A stretch of DNA of 64,000 nucleotides, from the NCBI RefSeq assembly GCF_006345805.1, contig NC_043017.1, forward strand, positions 24,738,001 to 24,802,000, read 5' to 3'. Positions 27,831 through 40,874 of the stretch are shown here, piece by piece. The notes under the pieces were generated by a model, which was given only the letters and a program-made list of their open reading frames with translations, had not been told where the DNA came from and searched no databases. Numbering within the stretch: the first letter of the stretch is position 1; each line of letters begins with the position of its first letter. Source of the stretch: Octopus sinensis. Its lineage: Eukaryota. Made by a program: the position numbers and the translations under genes.

Positions 27831-28547
27831 GTAAGTTTGTTGGTCTATTTGTCTTTTCGTAATATTTTTTATTGACTCTATAACAGACAGGTGGAGTCTG
27901 GATGTCGCCATGTTACACCGAATAGCCTAACCACCAACTCACAAGCCTGATAATGAAGCAAATAGTATCATCATCATCGTTTAGCGTCCGCTTTCCATGC
28001 TAGCATGGGTTGGACGGTTCAACTGGGGTCTGTGAAGCCAGAAGGCTGCATCAGGCCCAGTCTGATCTGGCAGTGTTTCTACGGCTGGATGCCCTTCCTA
28101 ACGCCAACCACTCCGTGTAGTGGGTGCATTTCATGTATGATGAATTTAAATTAAGGTGGCGAGCTGGCAGAATCGTTAGCACACCAGGCGAAATGCTTAG
28201 CGGTATTTAGTCTGCCATTACGTTCTCAGTTCAAATTCCGCCAAGATTGACTTTGCCTTTCATCCTTTCGGGGTTGATTAAATAAGTACCAGTTACGCAC
28301 TGTGGTTGATATAATCAACTTAATCCCTGTCTGTCCTTGTTTGTCCCCTCTATGTTTAGCCCCCAGTGGGCAATATAGAGATAAATATGATGAATTTAAA
28401 TCTTTCATCACAAAATTCCTTGAATACGTAGGAACCAATCAACTAATTTGTAGAACTTATTTAATGTCTGTGTGTCTTGATTGTGGAAAATATAATTTTA
28501 CAATGCAACACACCTATTTATATTCTGATTTTTGGTTCACTTTCCAG

Positions 28548-28701
28548 ATTGGAATCTTACGAAAAAGAAAACTATCTGAAGAAAAGACAGTCGGGATATT
28601 CAAAATGGAACGGTGATTATCAGAGCAACAGCAAGCCTTCACAAACTTATAGACGTAACTCTTATGAAAAAGAGAAATCCCCACATATGTACTCATTTTG
28701 A
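28548..28701 (+). CDS. CASP8AP2: FLASH/CASP8AP2-like exon 3, open part ending at TGA 28699-28701 (total about 149 aa)
   Basis: tttccag acceptor; phase 2 join gives CA+A, then LESYEKENYLKKRQ...PHMYSF*. Confidence 0.7.
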
Positions 28702-30596
28702 CAACTTCCGTACACAATCTCATTCCGCCTATACCTCCAGTGATTCGATTATTATTTCAAAAATTTCTGAAGGTATTTTATATCATCAAAACAGGTTTGA
28801 ACCCAATTCTCATTGCATAGCTCCTACTGTGCCAAGTGCAAAGTTGATGCCTTCTGATTCAGTATGATCACCTACATTCGAAAATATTACAACTTCTTCA
28901 CAGACACTGAATACCCCACATTCTACAAATTCAAAATTAAATCGTTTTAAATGTGAAACAGAGAAAACTGCTGCTGATAAAAGTTCCTACAAGAAGTCTT
29001 TGTACGTCATCCATTATTTGAAAGTATTGACCTGAGAAAACCTGCTAGCATAAATATAACTTCCCTGCCTGACTGAATATCACAAGAAGCTTATAGAAAA
29101 CAATTAAATGTTCAAACTCAAGAGGCAGTAAACATATCACAATCAACTGTTACAGGGATTGAAGAGATTTCAAAGAAAGTGATAGGAAATATTCCTAGCA
29201 TTCTGGCTCAAGAGAACAAAGGCAGAATGAATGAAGATATGAGGAATGACATTCTAGTTGAGATTTGCAAAAGCCTGAAACAACAGATAATAGATTATTG
29301 GAAAGGAAACCATCAAGACACTCCAGAAATAAAACTAATTCTTCAAATATAAAAATGGAAAATTCCTCAAGAGAACATAAAAGGGAAGGTAGTAAACAAC
29401 ATCACTGCCAAAGGATGCCTTCGTCTACAAAAAAATTATCTTTGAGGTCTGAGACTACAAAATCTCATACTGCTCCACTCAAAGAAAAGCACAATTTATC
29501 TAATGACTCCAGTGAATTCGGTAATGCCAAGAGACAAGATTCTAAGTTGATTGATTGCCAGCAATCTGTAGAACCAATCAGTGTAGTAACACAACTGTCA
29601 GTAAAATCTGCAGGATCTGATGCAGAGAGCTCTAAATCTTCTACTGGAAAAGTCTCTCCAACGGACAAACATCGCAGTAAAATGTGCGATCCAGTTGTAA
29701 CTTCACCAGAACTGACAACTAAATGTGATAGAAACCTCTCACCTGTTATTTCACAAAAGACCTCAGTCACATTGAATAATCAGGAACCTATAGTTACTGA
29801 GTGTTTTGGCAAATCTAATTTAGAAGATTCTCGTTCTTCTGTGATTACTCCTTGCTTTTCTAGCAGTGTGACAAACTCGATGGCACCTGAATCATTGAGT
29901 AGTAAAGATTCTGACTGCGATGATTCCATGACAAGGAAGAAAGCCTCTGTTCGTAAACTTTTCTCACCAAGTAAACCTGATTATGAAGTATCAGTGGAAA
30001 ATCCTATCCAAGATGACACACTAGCAAAGAATCACAGCCTTGAGTTTTTGAATGAAATGAAAAAAAAACTATCACAAGAAATTGCTGCCCATAACAGAAG
30101 GCAACAAGATGAAGATTGTGAAGATACAACACAGTTAGTTGATATCTATCAGACTCATGATGAGGAATATTGCAGTAATGACAGTCTGAGAGAAGATCAG
30201 AATTCTCTCAAAACATTTTCTCCTCAGCCACAAAGTGATTTACATGCAGTCACTGAACAGTCAGAAACTGAGTGTGTAGACTTAGAAAAGGGGGGGATTG
30301 CGAGCGATGATGATGATGGTGACGACGACGACGATGATGAAGATGATGACGATGAAGATGATAATGATGACGATGATTGTAATGATGATCGTGATGATGA
30401 TCATGATGAAGAACAATTTTCCAAGGACAAATTCTCACCTTCACACATTAGCACTAAGCATGGAAGTGAACATATTTCAGGGCAACCTTCCAAAAAAAGG
30501 AGTTTATTAGGGGATGAAACGTTAACTAAAATTAGGAATAAACATAATAACAGCTCTTCAAGAACTGAAAACAAAAAACGAAGAATAAATCGGTGA
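28702..30596 (+). pseudogene. Disrupted continuation of the large FLASH exon, including a 443-aa Ser/Lys/Asp-rich ORF (29265-30596)
   Basis: Repeat-free, coding-like sequence that switches frame about 3 times, with in-frame TGA at about 28865, 29074 and 29259, then a long open frame with a poly-Asp tract and a basic C-terminus (KKRRINR). Confidence 0.55.
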
Positions 30597-33500
30597 GAAT
30601 TGAGACCTAAACAAAAGTTATTTTTAACACTATCTTATTTAAGTAAAACTGAATTTTATCCTCCTCTTCCTTTTCATCCTGTTTATGATATTGTATTTGT
30701 ATGTTTACGTTACTTCCATGTCATTTATACACCACGTCTTCAATCGAAAATACACCGAAATACACAATTCAGTATTTTTAAGTGTGTATGATAATTGTGT
30801 AAGTTAATTGTCAATATTGCTACAGGGCAAGTAAAGAAAAATATAAAACATGGTGTTTATGTGTTTAAATAGATGGGGGGAAGCAAAAACATTTTATTTT
30901 TCATTTAATACTATACAGTCAGTTTTTTATATTTGTATTTACTGCCATCGCAACTTAATTCTGTTAAACATTTAATTAAAAAAGATTGACACAGAGTGTA
31001 AGAGAGATATGTTTAGTTTTTTTCTAAGACTCAGGTACTTCAAGACTGGTGAGATAGATATGGCTACATTCACCTTAAAACATCTGCAAAAGAAAAACAT
31101 AGCTAGGGAGAGATTTCCTAAGTGTCTTAATAGAAAATATAGTTTGTAATAATTATAATCATTATGTGGAGGCGCAATGGCCCAGTGGTTAGGGCAGCGG
31201 ACTCGCGGTTTCGATTCCCAGACCGGGCGTTGTGTGTGTTTATTGAGCGAAAACACCTAAAAGCTCCACGAGGCTCCGGCAGGGGGTGGTGATCCCTGCT
31301 GTACTTCTTCACCACTCTTTCTTCTGTTGGCCTGCTCGCTTAGCCAGCGGGGTGGCGTCATTCGAAGGCTAAAACAATGCGAACGCATTGTGACCAGCGA
31401 TGTGTAGCAACATCTGATGGTCTGGTTGGTCATGTGATAATCATTATATCAGAACTAATGGCATTGCTAATAGGGGACCAAGGGGAGAACTGCTTCCTCA
31501 TGACATTTTTCAAAATTGGCACCTTTTCAACAATTTTTAAATACTTTTATCATCATTTATCTTCTTTTTTTATAATTTTTTTTTTTTGTTAATCACATGG
31601 CCTTGGAAGAATTTTCTGGAGTCATTACTTTATTTGAATACCCACCTGTGTTTTTAAACTGTCTGCTTGATTTCCTGTGATCTGTTGGTGGCTGCTGACA
31701 TTTGAAGAACCAAGACAAACCCAGACATCTTAACACTGGACGATGCTGTGGAGTTTCCTCTTTCTCACATCACACCTGTGTCAGCAGTTGTAAGTTAATG
31801 AAACATGAAATTAATACATGTGGAATACAATTATGTATTTTATAACTAACAAAATATTTCATGCAATAATAAATCTCTGAACAAGATGACCTCCCTTTGC
31901 AAATACCATAAGAGCGCAGAAAATGTGCCTAAAGCCAGCTGGAGACAATGATCTCTTGGGGCTAAAAGCTACAGTAACACCCACCCTTTGTGGTTAGCCA
32001 TATTGAGATGGCTAGTATACTTTACGAAATATTTCATGTAATATAAGAAAAATGAGGTAAAAATTGTTTGGTATGTGTCACAGCACCTTTTTTTTTATGT
32101 GCTCGCTTCCCCTAACTTTAAAACCTGGATACATCTCTGATCAGAACCTCTGTTAAGGTAGTGGAGAAGGGAAAATAGTTGTTAAACATGTTGCAATAAT
32201 TAATAATAATCCAGTTCTTCTGTTCTCAAATCACTGCTCAATTGTCTTTGCTTCCATATCTGGAGTGAGTTCTGTAGCTGATTCAATGACTCAATGACTG
32301 CTCATATCAAAGAAACAGTTTCATACCTCACCTTCTTTAATCTCATTTAAGGATCCTGTTAGTCAATATCTTAGTAGACTTTGCTTCAATGCTTCTGGTG
32401 TTGATAATATAAGTACCAGGTGAGTATTGTGGTTGATTCAACGACACAGTAAAATAACCACTGTTCACATCAAAGAAACAGTGTCATTGCTCATCCTCCC
32501 TAATCTTGAACAACACTAAATAAAAACCCCTCCAAATGTCAGCTCTCATATTCTCTGGTATCAATCCTCTCTGGCTGAGCATTCTTCATCTTTTGGGCTT
32601 GTAAGTGCTTGTGCCATGTAAAAAAGAACTTCTGTGCTGCTGCTGGTTCACACAATTCCCTTGAAAGCTATGCCGGTGATATGCAAGCTCTTTCTAGGGC
32701 TTCCCATGCTGCACAGGTCAAAGGATGAAAACCAGACTAATATGGACCACATCTTTCCAGAAGTAGAAATGGGTTCGTTTAGAGGCCTATACAACCAGCT
32801 AGAAGAAAGCAGCAAGGTTCAGACACATTGACGTTGATTCAAAACCAACAAGACCTGGGCAAGAGTAGACCAGAGTTGAGACCATGATCATCATCATTGT
32901 TAAATATCCATTTTCCATGCTGGCATGAGCTGGATGGTTTGACCGGAGCTGGTATGGTCAGGGACTGCACCAGGCTCCATTGTTCTGACATGGTTTCTGT
33001 GGCTGGATGTCCTTTTTATGTGGCATCAGCACCAGAGCTTTTAACACAGCATCAGCACATGTGCCTTTTATGTGGCACCAGTACTAGCATCACTTATGCT
33101 AAGGTGAATAGATCTTCTTGAGTACAGCATGGCACCAAATATCTCAGAATCATCGATGGCTTATACTCTGTATGGGATCAAAGGGCTTAAGTAAGTCCCA
33201 TCTTGCAGAAAGTGAAAGTGAAAGTGAGAGAGAGAGAGAGAGCAGGTCTCATATGAAGCAGCTTTCAGTTAACTCTCAGAAAAATTTCACTGGCTGCAGA
33301 TTTACTCCACTGCAAACTGATTGAGTAAACCTATGATGGAAGATGTTCCATGCTGTGATCTTACTAACTTTTCTGCTAGATAGTGTATCTAGGTATAAAT
33401 CAACCAGTCTTTTGCATTCTTTAATATAGTAGGTTGTGATTTGACTGCTATTTCTAACAGATTGCATGGCTAGTTCAAGGCCAGTTGTGTTGGCATTGCT

Positions 33501-33697
33501 AAAACTTACTCAGAGTCACTCATTGCTACCTCAATGGCAGTATTCTTTTTATTGAAATTAGTTCACTTATGAGCACAAGTTTAACTGTGGTTATAGAGTT
33601 TGCTTTGAGTTCAGTACTATTACTTGGCACCTTGAGCAAATGTCCTTCCTTCATTAGACTGAACTGCTCTCTGTCTCTCTCTCTATATATATAGATA

Positions 33698-35203
33698 CTA
33701 GCAGTATTGCCGGGAGTCGCTCAGGTTTGTTTCAACCCGCTGGAATTGGAATTTTTGAAAAGTAAAAATTTTGCATTATGTAGCCTGTTATTCTCTTCAA
33801 GTGAACATTTTTCTGGTTGGCGACACAGCAGTGAAAAAGTCGTAAAAAATAGGAATTTTCATAGAAAAAAGCACCTTTTTGATGTAAATAATTTTTGGTG
33901 TTAACATGGTCCGATTTGAATTTTATCTTCTACGGAAGGAAGAGCAACCCTTCTTGTATCATACTCTCAATTTTGGTCAACTTGCGCCGCAGGGTCTCGG
34001 AGGAGATAGTGTTAGTTGAAGGCTACCAAACCTGGCGCACACAGACAACTTCAGCTTTATATAGAGAGAGATAACACACACACATTAATACACATACATA
34101 CACACACGTATGTATGTATGTATATATGTACATCTGTCCACTTCTTGCCATATTTTTATCCTTCACTTCCTACACACTCACACACACACACACCTTCTTA
34201 GCTTACAATTTCTTTCTTTCAACAATTGACAACAGAAGTACACTCGCAAATTAATACTACGAAAACTTAGCGACAGAAAGTAAATTAAAAACCAGTTTAC
34301 CTTTTCTGTTGAGTTATCATGGCAATTCGACCGTCTTTCCTTAAATCTGTCTCTTTTCTTCAACTGAACTTACTTCCTATTGTTTCTTCAAGTCCTTTGT
34401 GAAATGTAGGAGTGTTTTTTTTTGTTCTTTCTCGAGAAAGTTTTGTTTCCTCGACACTAAAAACTAACGGGAAGTAGACAACAGTCCCAGTACAATTGGT
34501 GTAATAGTGTAACTCATAATGTGAGTGGCTAGCAATCTACTCACCATATGTCAGTGAATTGTTGGTGTGTGTTTGCAAATGTGTTCGAATGAGAAAGTGA
34601 ATTGTGTTTGGCACCTTTTTTACTAATAACAAACACACGTGTGTTTGTCACTGTCATATATGTATATGTTTGCGTGTCTATGTGTGTAAAGAGAAAGTGT
34701 GGTAATAGAAAGAGTAAAGCATTTGAAGTGAGAGAGGGAAATCGTAAAATAATGAGTTTTCTCGAATTTTTGCTTAATTGGGGGTCAAATTGAAAGAAAT
34801 TTATATGCCATGACCCAATGGAATGTACTTTGAAAAATCATAGGTAAATTCCAATTGAAGAAATTGTGTGAGGAGTAAATCGTTATGTATTTATTTGTTT
34901 CTGTTTCCTCTGTATTTTTTTTGAGTAGTGGTTTAAGGTACACTTGCAAAGAGAAAGTAGGAGAAAGTGTGGTAATAGAAGGAGTGAAGCACTTGAAATG
35001 AGAGAGGCAAATCGTAAAATATTTAGTTTTCTCGAATTTTTGCTTAATTGGGGTTCAAATTGAAAAAAATTTATATGGCATGACCCAATCGAATCTACTT
35101 TGAAAAATCATAGGTAAATTCCAATTGAAGAAATTCTATATTGTACAATTGTATTAAAAAGAAACATAGTCACAGGCAGAGAAAATCTGCCTTTTATAAG
35201 AGA
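33698..35203 (-). mobile_element. Non-autonomous Helitron, composite with two 5' ends (about 34071 and 35203)
   Basis: CTAG terminus with a GC hairpin at 33698-33725; TC..ATAAA heads on the minus strand; internal direct repeat about 34690-34866 / 34960-35136. Confidence 0.6.
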
Positions 35204-36340
35204 TATAGGCACAGGTTTGGCTGTGTGGTTAAAAGCTTGCTTCCCAACTACATAGTTCCGGGTTCAGTCCCACTGCATTGCACCTTGGGCAAGTGTCTTC
35301 TAATATAGCCTCGGGCCGATCAAAGCCTTCTGAAAGGTGGTTGATGGAAACTGAAAGAAGCTTGTGTATATATTATATATATATGTAATATATTTATGTC
35401 TTTGTCTCCCCACCCCATCGCTTGGCAACCAATGTTGGTGTGTTTACGTCCCTGTAACTTGGTGGTTTGGCAAAAGACACTGACAGAATAAGTACCAGGC
35501 TTACAAAGAGTAAGTCCTGGGGGTCGATTTCTTCAACTAAAAGGCAATGCTCCAGCATGGCTGCAGTCAGATGACTGAGACAAATAAAAGAAAATTTTAT
35601 ATAAAGAGCATGGTTTCCATCCAAGGAGGATCTGCCTCACAGCTTCAACAGTATTATGACTGGGTACTGAATGTGGTTGTGACATATCTTTTATTCTTTG
35701 ACTTGTTTCAGTCATTAGACTGTGGCCATGCTGGGGTACTGCCTTGAAGAATTTGATAGTCAACTGTATTGACCCCTGTACTTAAAGCCTAGTACCTATT
35801 CTATCGGTCCTTTTTGCTGAATCGCTATGTTATGGAGACGTCAACACAGCCACAAACACTTATATATGACAAGCTTCTTTCAGGTTCTGTCTACCAAATC
35901 CACTCTCAAGGCGTTAGTAAAAGACACTTTGCCTGAGGTACCACACAGTGGGACTGAACCCAAAACCATGTGGTTGGGAAGCAAGCTTCATACCACTCAG
36001 CCATGCTTGTGCCTAATATGTAGACTTTGCAAAGGCTTTCAATAAAGTTGGTCACAAACTGCGTAACTTTGGGACAGTTAAAAAAGACTAAAGCACAGTT
36101 GTTTAAGGACACAATGCATAGCCCAGTCACCATCATCGTCCTTAAACATCTGCTTTCCATGCTGGCATGTTGAAAGGGGCTGTCCAGACTTCAACTGTCT
36201 GCTTAAGGGCTGGTTTCTATGGCTGGATGCCCTTCCTAATACCAACCACTTTACAGAGTGTACTGGGTACTTTTTACCTTCCACTGGCACAAGGGCGTCT
36301 ACATGGCACCAGCACCTGCAAACAATATGCCTATATGCGT

Positions 36341-36650
36341 GAAAGTGCATGGCTCAGTGGTTAGAGCATTGAGCTTACGATCGTGAGGTTGTGAGTTTGA
36401 ATCCCGGACCGGGCTGCGTGTTGTGTTCTTGAGGAAGACACTTTATTTCACATTGCTCCAGTTCACTCAGTCACAGGTGCCAAGCTATATCGCCCTGTGC
36501 CTTTCCCTTGGATAACATTGGTGGTGTGGAGAGGGGAGGCCAGTATGCATGGGTAACTGCTGGTCTTCTACAAACAACCTTGCCTGGACTTGTGCCTGGG
36601 AGGGTAACTTTCTAGGTGCAATCCCATGGTAAGTCATGACTGAAGAGGGT
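36341..36650 (+). mobile_element. tRNA-derived SINE family D
   Basis: tggctcagtggttagagc head and ttgctccagttcactcag core; related copies at about 39735-40075 and 48510-48800. Confidence 0.75.
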
Positions 36651-37478
36651 TTCTCTCACTATAGCTTTATTTAGGTTGGTGTGTCTTCTCAAGTACAGTA
36701 AATTGCCACAACAACCTGTTGCTTGACATGTCCTTAGTGAGGCTTCAGAAACTGAAACCACAATTTTACAATCAGGAGTCCAACACCCTAACCACTAAGC
36801 CACGCACCTCCACTGCGTATTTCTGAAAAAGCACAGAAATATGCCAACAGCAGATAAAAATCATTCAGTAGAAGCTTATTCTTTTGCCTCACTTCTTATC
36901 TCTTTCTTCCTGCACCACCATCTTTCTTTCTCTCACACACACATTACTAATACTTCATTTTAGAATCTATTAATATGATTATAAAACAAAAATGAGAATA
37001 TAAATCGTTTTCAGATTAAAAAAAAAAATTGTACAAAGGGAGCTAACTGTGATATATTATATAGTTCAAATCCAACCCAAATCAAATCAATCACCCACCC
37101 TTTTATACTCTCAGGGGCTTGGGTGGATAAAACTAAACATCAGTTGTGCTACTGAAAGGGTATTCTTTCATTCAGAGGCGGGTAAGGTTATCTGTCTCAA
37201 TGATTATAATAAGGCTGTAGGAAATGGAGCAGTTTACTAATGAAACATCATCACATGCGTGGCTGTGTGGTAAGAAGTTTGCTTTCCAACCACATGATTC
37301 CAGGTTCAGTCCCACCTCGTGGCACCTTGGGCAAGTGTCTTTAGACTGGCCAAATCTTTGAGTGGATTGAAAGAAGCCTGCCGTATATATATATATATAT
37401 ATATATATATGTAGGTCCCGGGTTGAGTCGGGGTTAACCACAGTAAATAAGGTACTTAATACATAGCAGAGTAAATTA

Positions 37479-37607
37479 ATTTATTTTATAGAAGGAGCTT
37501 CTACAGGACTAGAACTGTTTCATTCAAAAGAAATCATCAGGAAGCTTGATGATTTCTTTTGAATGAAACAGTTCTAGTCCTGTAGAAGCTCCTTCTATAA
37601 AATAAAT
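37479..37607. repeat. Perfect 61-bp inverted repeat with a 7-nt spacer
   Basis: 37479-37539 is the reverse complement of 37547-37607. Confidence 0.92.
37496..37546 (-). ncRNA. Compact type I hammerhead ribozyme within a palindrome
   Basis: Minus strand: AGCTTC CTGATGA TTTC TTTT GAAT GAAACAG TTCTAGTC CTGTA GAAGCT. 6-bp stem I and 4-bp stem III. Confidence 0.82.
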
Positions 37608-37657
37608 ATATATATATATATATAATCAAAATAAGTAACAAGGATATCCGGAGGTAA

Positions 37658-37749
37658 TGCAGTACGATCGTTTCATGCAACTCCATTTAATTGAACAATG
37701 CAATCATTTCATCACATCAGTTTAAAATGTAGAGCAATCTTCAGCTGCA
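37658..37749 (-). ncRNA. Type I hammerhead ribozyme with long stem II
   Basis: Minus strand: TGCAG CTGAAGA TTGCTCTACATTTTAA..TTAAATGGAGTTGCAT GAAAC GATC GTA CTGCA. 5-bp stem I; palindromic ACGATCGT. Confidence 0.82.
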
Positions 37750-37984
37750 CAAAGACATAGAATTTAATTAAATTAGAACAGAAGGACACAGTATAATTTT
37801 ACCTAAAATCTCCAAGAAGTTAAGGAGACAGACAAAGAACATGTTGTACCAACATCATAGTTGTAACTTATTTTGATTTTAATCACCTTATGTTGAAATT
37901 GATAATACCATACTAAATTCTGGTACCTCAACTTAAGTACCATATTCATCTGAATCTCTCTCTCTATATATATACATACATATA

Positions 37985-38658
37985 TAATGTAGAAGTAAGA
38001 ATCATTTCATATTTATATTTATTCAGCCATAGACCCAATATGTATGAATTTCCCCCAAAGTATATTCAATACATCAAACATAAAAATATATAGATATATA
38101 CATTAAAAATATACTGAAAAAAATAAATACATATATAGGTCGACTTACAGATTATAAAACAAAGTCTATAAGATAAAAAGTTTTTGGGTGTTAATAATCC
38201 TACGGCCGTTTCTGGGAGTCCAGTTATAAAAAAGACATTTGCATTCATTACTGGACACCATCTCCTTCATCAGGGAAAATAAATTTCTAGAAAAGCTCAA
38301 ATGTCCCATGTTTTTCTAATGGGAATTACCTACTGAGTGTTTTTATAGAGCTATATGCAAAAGACCAGGGAGTGGAAGTATTTTTGAATGGTTGGAGGAG
38401 ATACAAAGCCCTTTTTAATGACTTTGTTTTATAATCTCTAAGTTGACTTATATATGTATTTATTTTTACAATATATAATGTATATATTTATATATTTTTA
38501 CATGTTCATTTTTAGTGTATTATTACTTCATATGCTCTTAATATGTTTGTTGTACTGAATATACTTTTGGAGGAATTCATGCATGATGGGTCTAGGGCTG
38601 AATAAATATAAATGTATATGTAAATTGGATTTGCCTAAATTTGATTCTTCTACATTAT
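37985..38658. repeat. Diverged inverted repeat enclosing a hammerhead
   Basis: atttatatttattcagccatagaccc..caaagtatattcaatac versus gtactgaatatacttttgg..gggtctagggctgaataaatataaat. Confidence 0.7.
38198..38276 (-). ncRNA. Type I hammerhead ribozyme fold
   Basis: Minus strand: TCC CTGATGA AGGAGATGGTGTCCAGT..ACTGGACTCCCA GAAAC GGCC GTA GGA. Palindromic ACGGCCGT. Confidence 0.72.
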
Positions 38659-40874
38659 TCTAACACCTCAGGTTTGTATATCTGGAGCACTTCAAAGCGA
38701 AGTCTATGCAATGGAGAAAAACTTTTCCTTATAATCACATATATATACAAACACACACACACACACACACATATATATACACTTACTATTTACTCTTTTA
38801 CTTGTTTCAGTCATTTGACTGAGGCCATGCTGGAGTACCGCCTTAGTCGAGCAAATCGGCCCCAGGACTTATTCTTTGTAAACCTAGTACTTATTCTATC
38901 GGGGTCTCTTTTGCCGAACCGCTAAGTAACGGGGATGTAAACATACCAGCATCGGTTGTCAAGCGATGCTGGGGGGGGGGGAGACAAACACAGACACACA
39001 AACATATACATACATATGTATATATATACAACAGGCTTCTTTCAGTTTCCATCTACCAAATCCACTCACAAGGCTTTGGTCGGCCTGAGGCTATAGTAGA
39101 AGACACTTGCCCAAGGTGCCACGCAGTGGGACTGAATCCGGAACTGTGTGGTTGGTAAACAAGCTACTTACCACACAGTCACATGCCTGTGTTTGAACCC
39201 CCCACCACTACTTGACAACCAATGTTGGTGTGTTTATGTCCTTGGCAAAAGAGACCCACAAAAATAAAGCAGAGGGCAAGGGGCTAGGGACAACTCATTT
39301 GACTAAAGATTCTCCAGCATGGTTGCAGTTAAATGACCGAAACAAATAGATCACCATTTAACATCGGCTTTCTTTGCTGGCATGGGTTGGACAATTTGAC
39401 CAGAGTGGACAGGGGATTGAGTGTTAGGAAGATGTTGTGGGGGAGAGATTTGTTAGGGGCAGATTGTGTTAAGGTAAGCTTGCAGGAGTGGAAAAGGAGA
39501 GTGGGTGATAGAAAGGGGGGGGAATGCAGTGACTAGTGTAAGATTAATTGTTGGGGAGGTTTGTCACAGGCACATTGATTTCATTAAGTCCAATGTGAGC
39601 AGATCCAAGCAGGAATTAGTGTTCTCAGGGGATGAAAAGCAGGTGATTTAATGATAGGGTTAATTATACACAGATGCACTTATACAAATATGCTATATGC
39701 ATACATTCGTTTGTGAGTGTATAATATACACATATATAGCTCAGTGGTTACAGCATTGGGATCACAATCATGAGGTAGTAAGTTCAATTCGTGGACTGGA
39801 CTGTGTGTTATGTTCTTGAGCAGCACACTTTATTTCAAGTTGCTCCAGTTCACTCAGCTGTAGAAATGAGTTGCGACATCACTGGTGCCAAGCTGTATCA
39901 GCCTCTGCCTTTCCTTTGGACAACATCAGTGGCATGGAGAGGTGTGGGGGCTGATATGCATGGGTGACTGCTAGTTTTCCATAAACAATCTTGCCTGGAC
40001 TTGTGCCTCAGAGCGGAGCTTTCAACGTGCAATCCCATAGTCATTTGTGACTGAAGGGGGTCTTTACCCTTTACCCTTACATATACATAAGTACCAGGCT
40101 TTAATCCTTTAGCATTTAAACCGGCCATATCCAGCCCAAACCTGTTTCGTGTTCAAACTGGCCAGATCCAGCCCAAACCTGTTTCGTGTCCAAACTGGCC
40201 AGATCCAGCCTTCCACAGCTTTCTGGACAAAGTTATTCTTGAAATGACATTGTTATAATTTTGAAGCCACAAGATAATGCATGATTAATTCGAAACAATA
40301 TGGATAAATAAAAGTAAGCATGACATTTGAGAGAATAATCTGAATGCAAAAAAGGTTAAAAAAAAATTCTGAAAAACATTCTTTTCAGCAATTGTTTAAT
40401 GAAATAATTTATATATTCATTTTTGTTATTCCATTTTTTTTTTTGCATTTGTAATTCAGATGATACACAGGATATCATATACAGATATTATTATTCAAAC
40501 ATAGAAACAACTACCTAACTATCAGCCTTCCCTTCTTCCCAGAAATATAGTTGTTAATAATGGTTTCAAATATTGGCACATGGCCAGAAATTCAGAATGT
40601 GAAGATGGATAAAATGCCACTAAATATTCTGCCTGGCATACTAACAATTCAGCCAGCTTGCCGCCCTAATTTTCCTATTAATAATGCATCTATCATTCTT
40701 ATAGCTCTTGCATAAATCATTCATTGCCTTTCTCTATCTAAATAATCTGTATTGTAATATTGCTGTAATATTTGTTTTCTTTTGGCAGTAACACAATAAC
40801 CATCATTACATTTGTATAATATTTCTAAATGAGTATTATTTAACCCTTTAGCATTTAAACTGGCCATATCCAGC

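Noticed and set aside
28699-29262. A-to-I recoding of the TGA stops (UGA to UGG) to restore full-length FLASH
   Set aside because: Frameshifts between the coding-like segments cannot be fixed by editing, and CGA>TGA decay is a simpler explanation.
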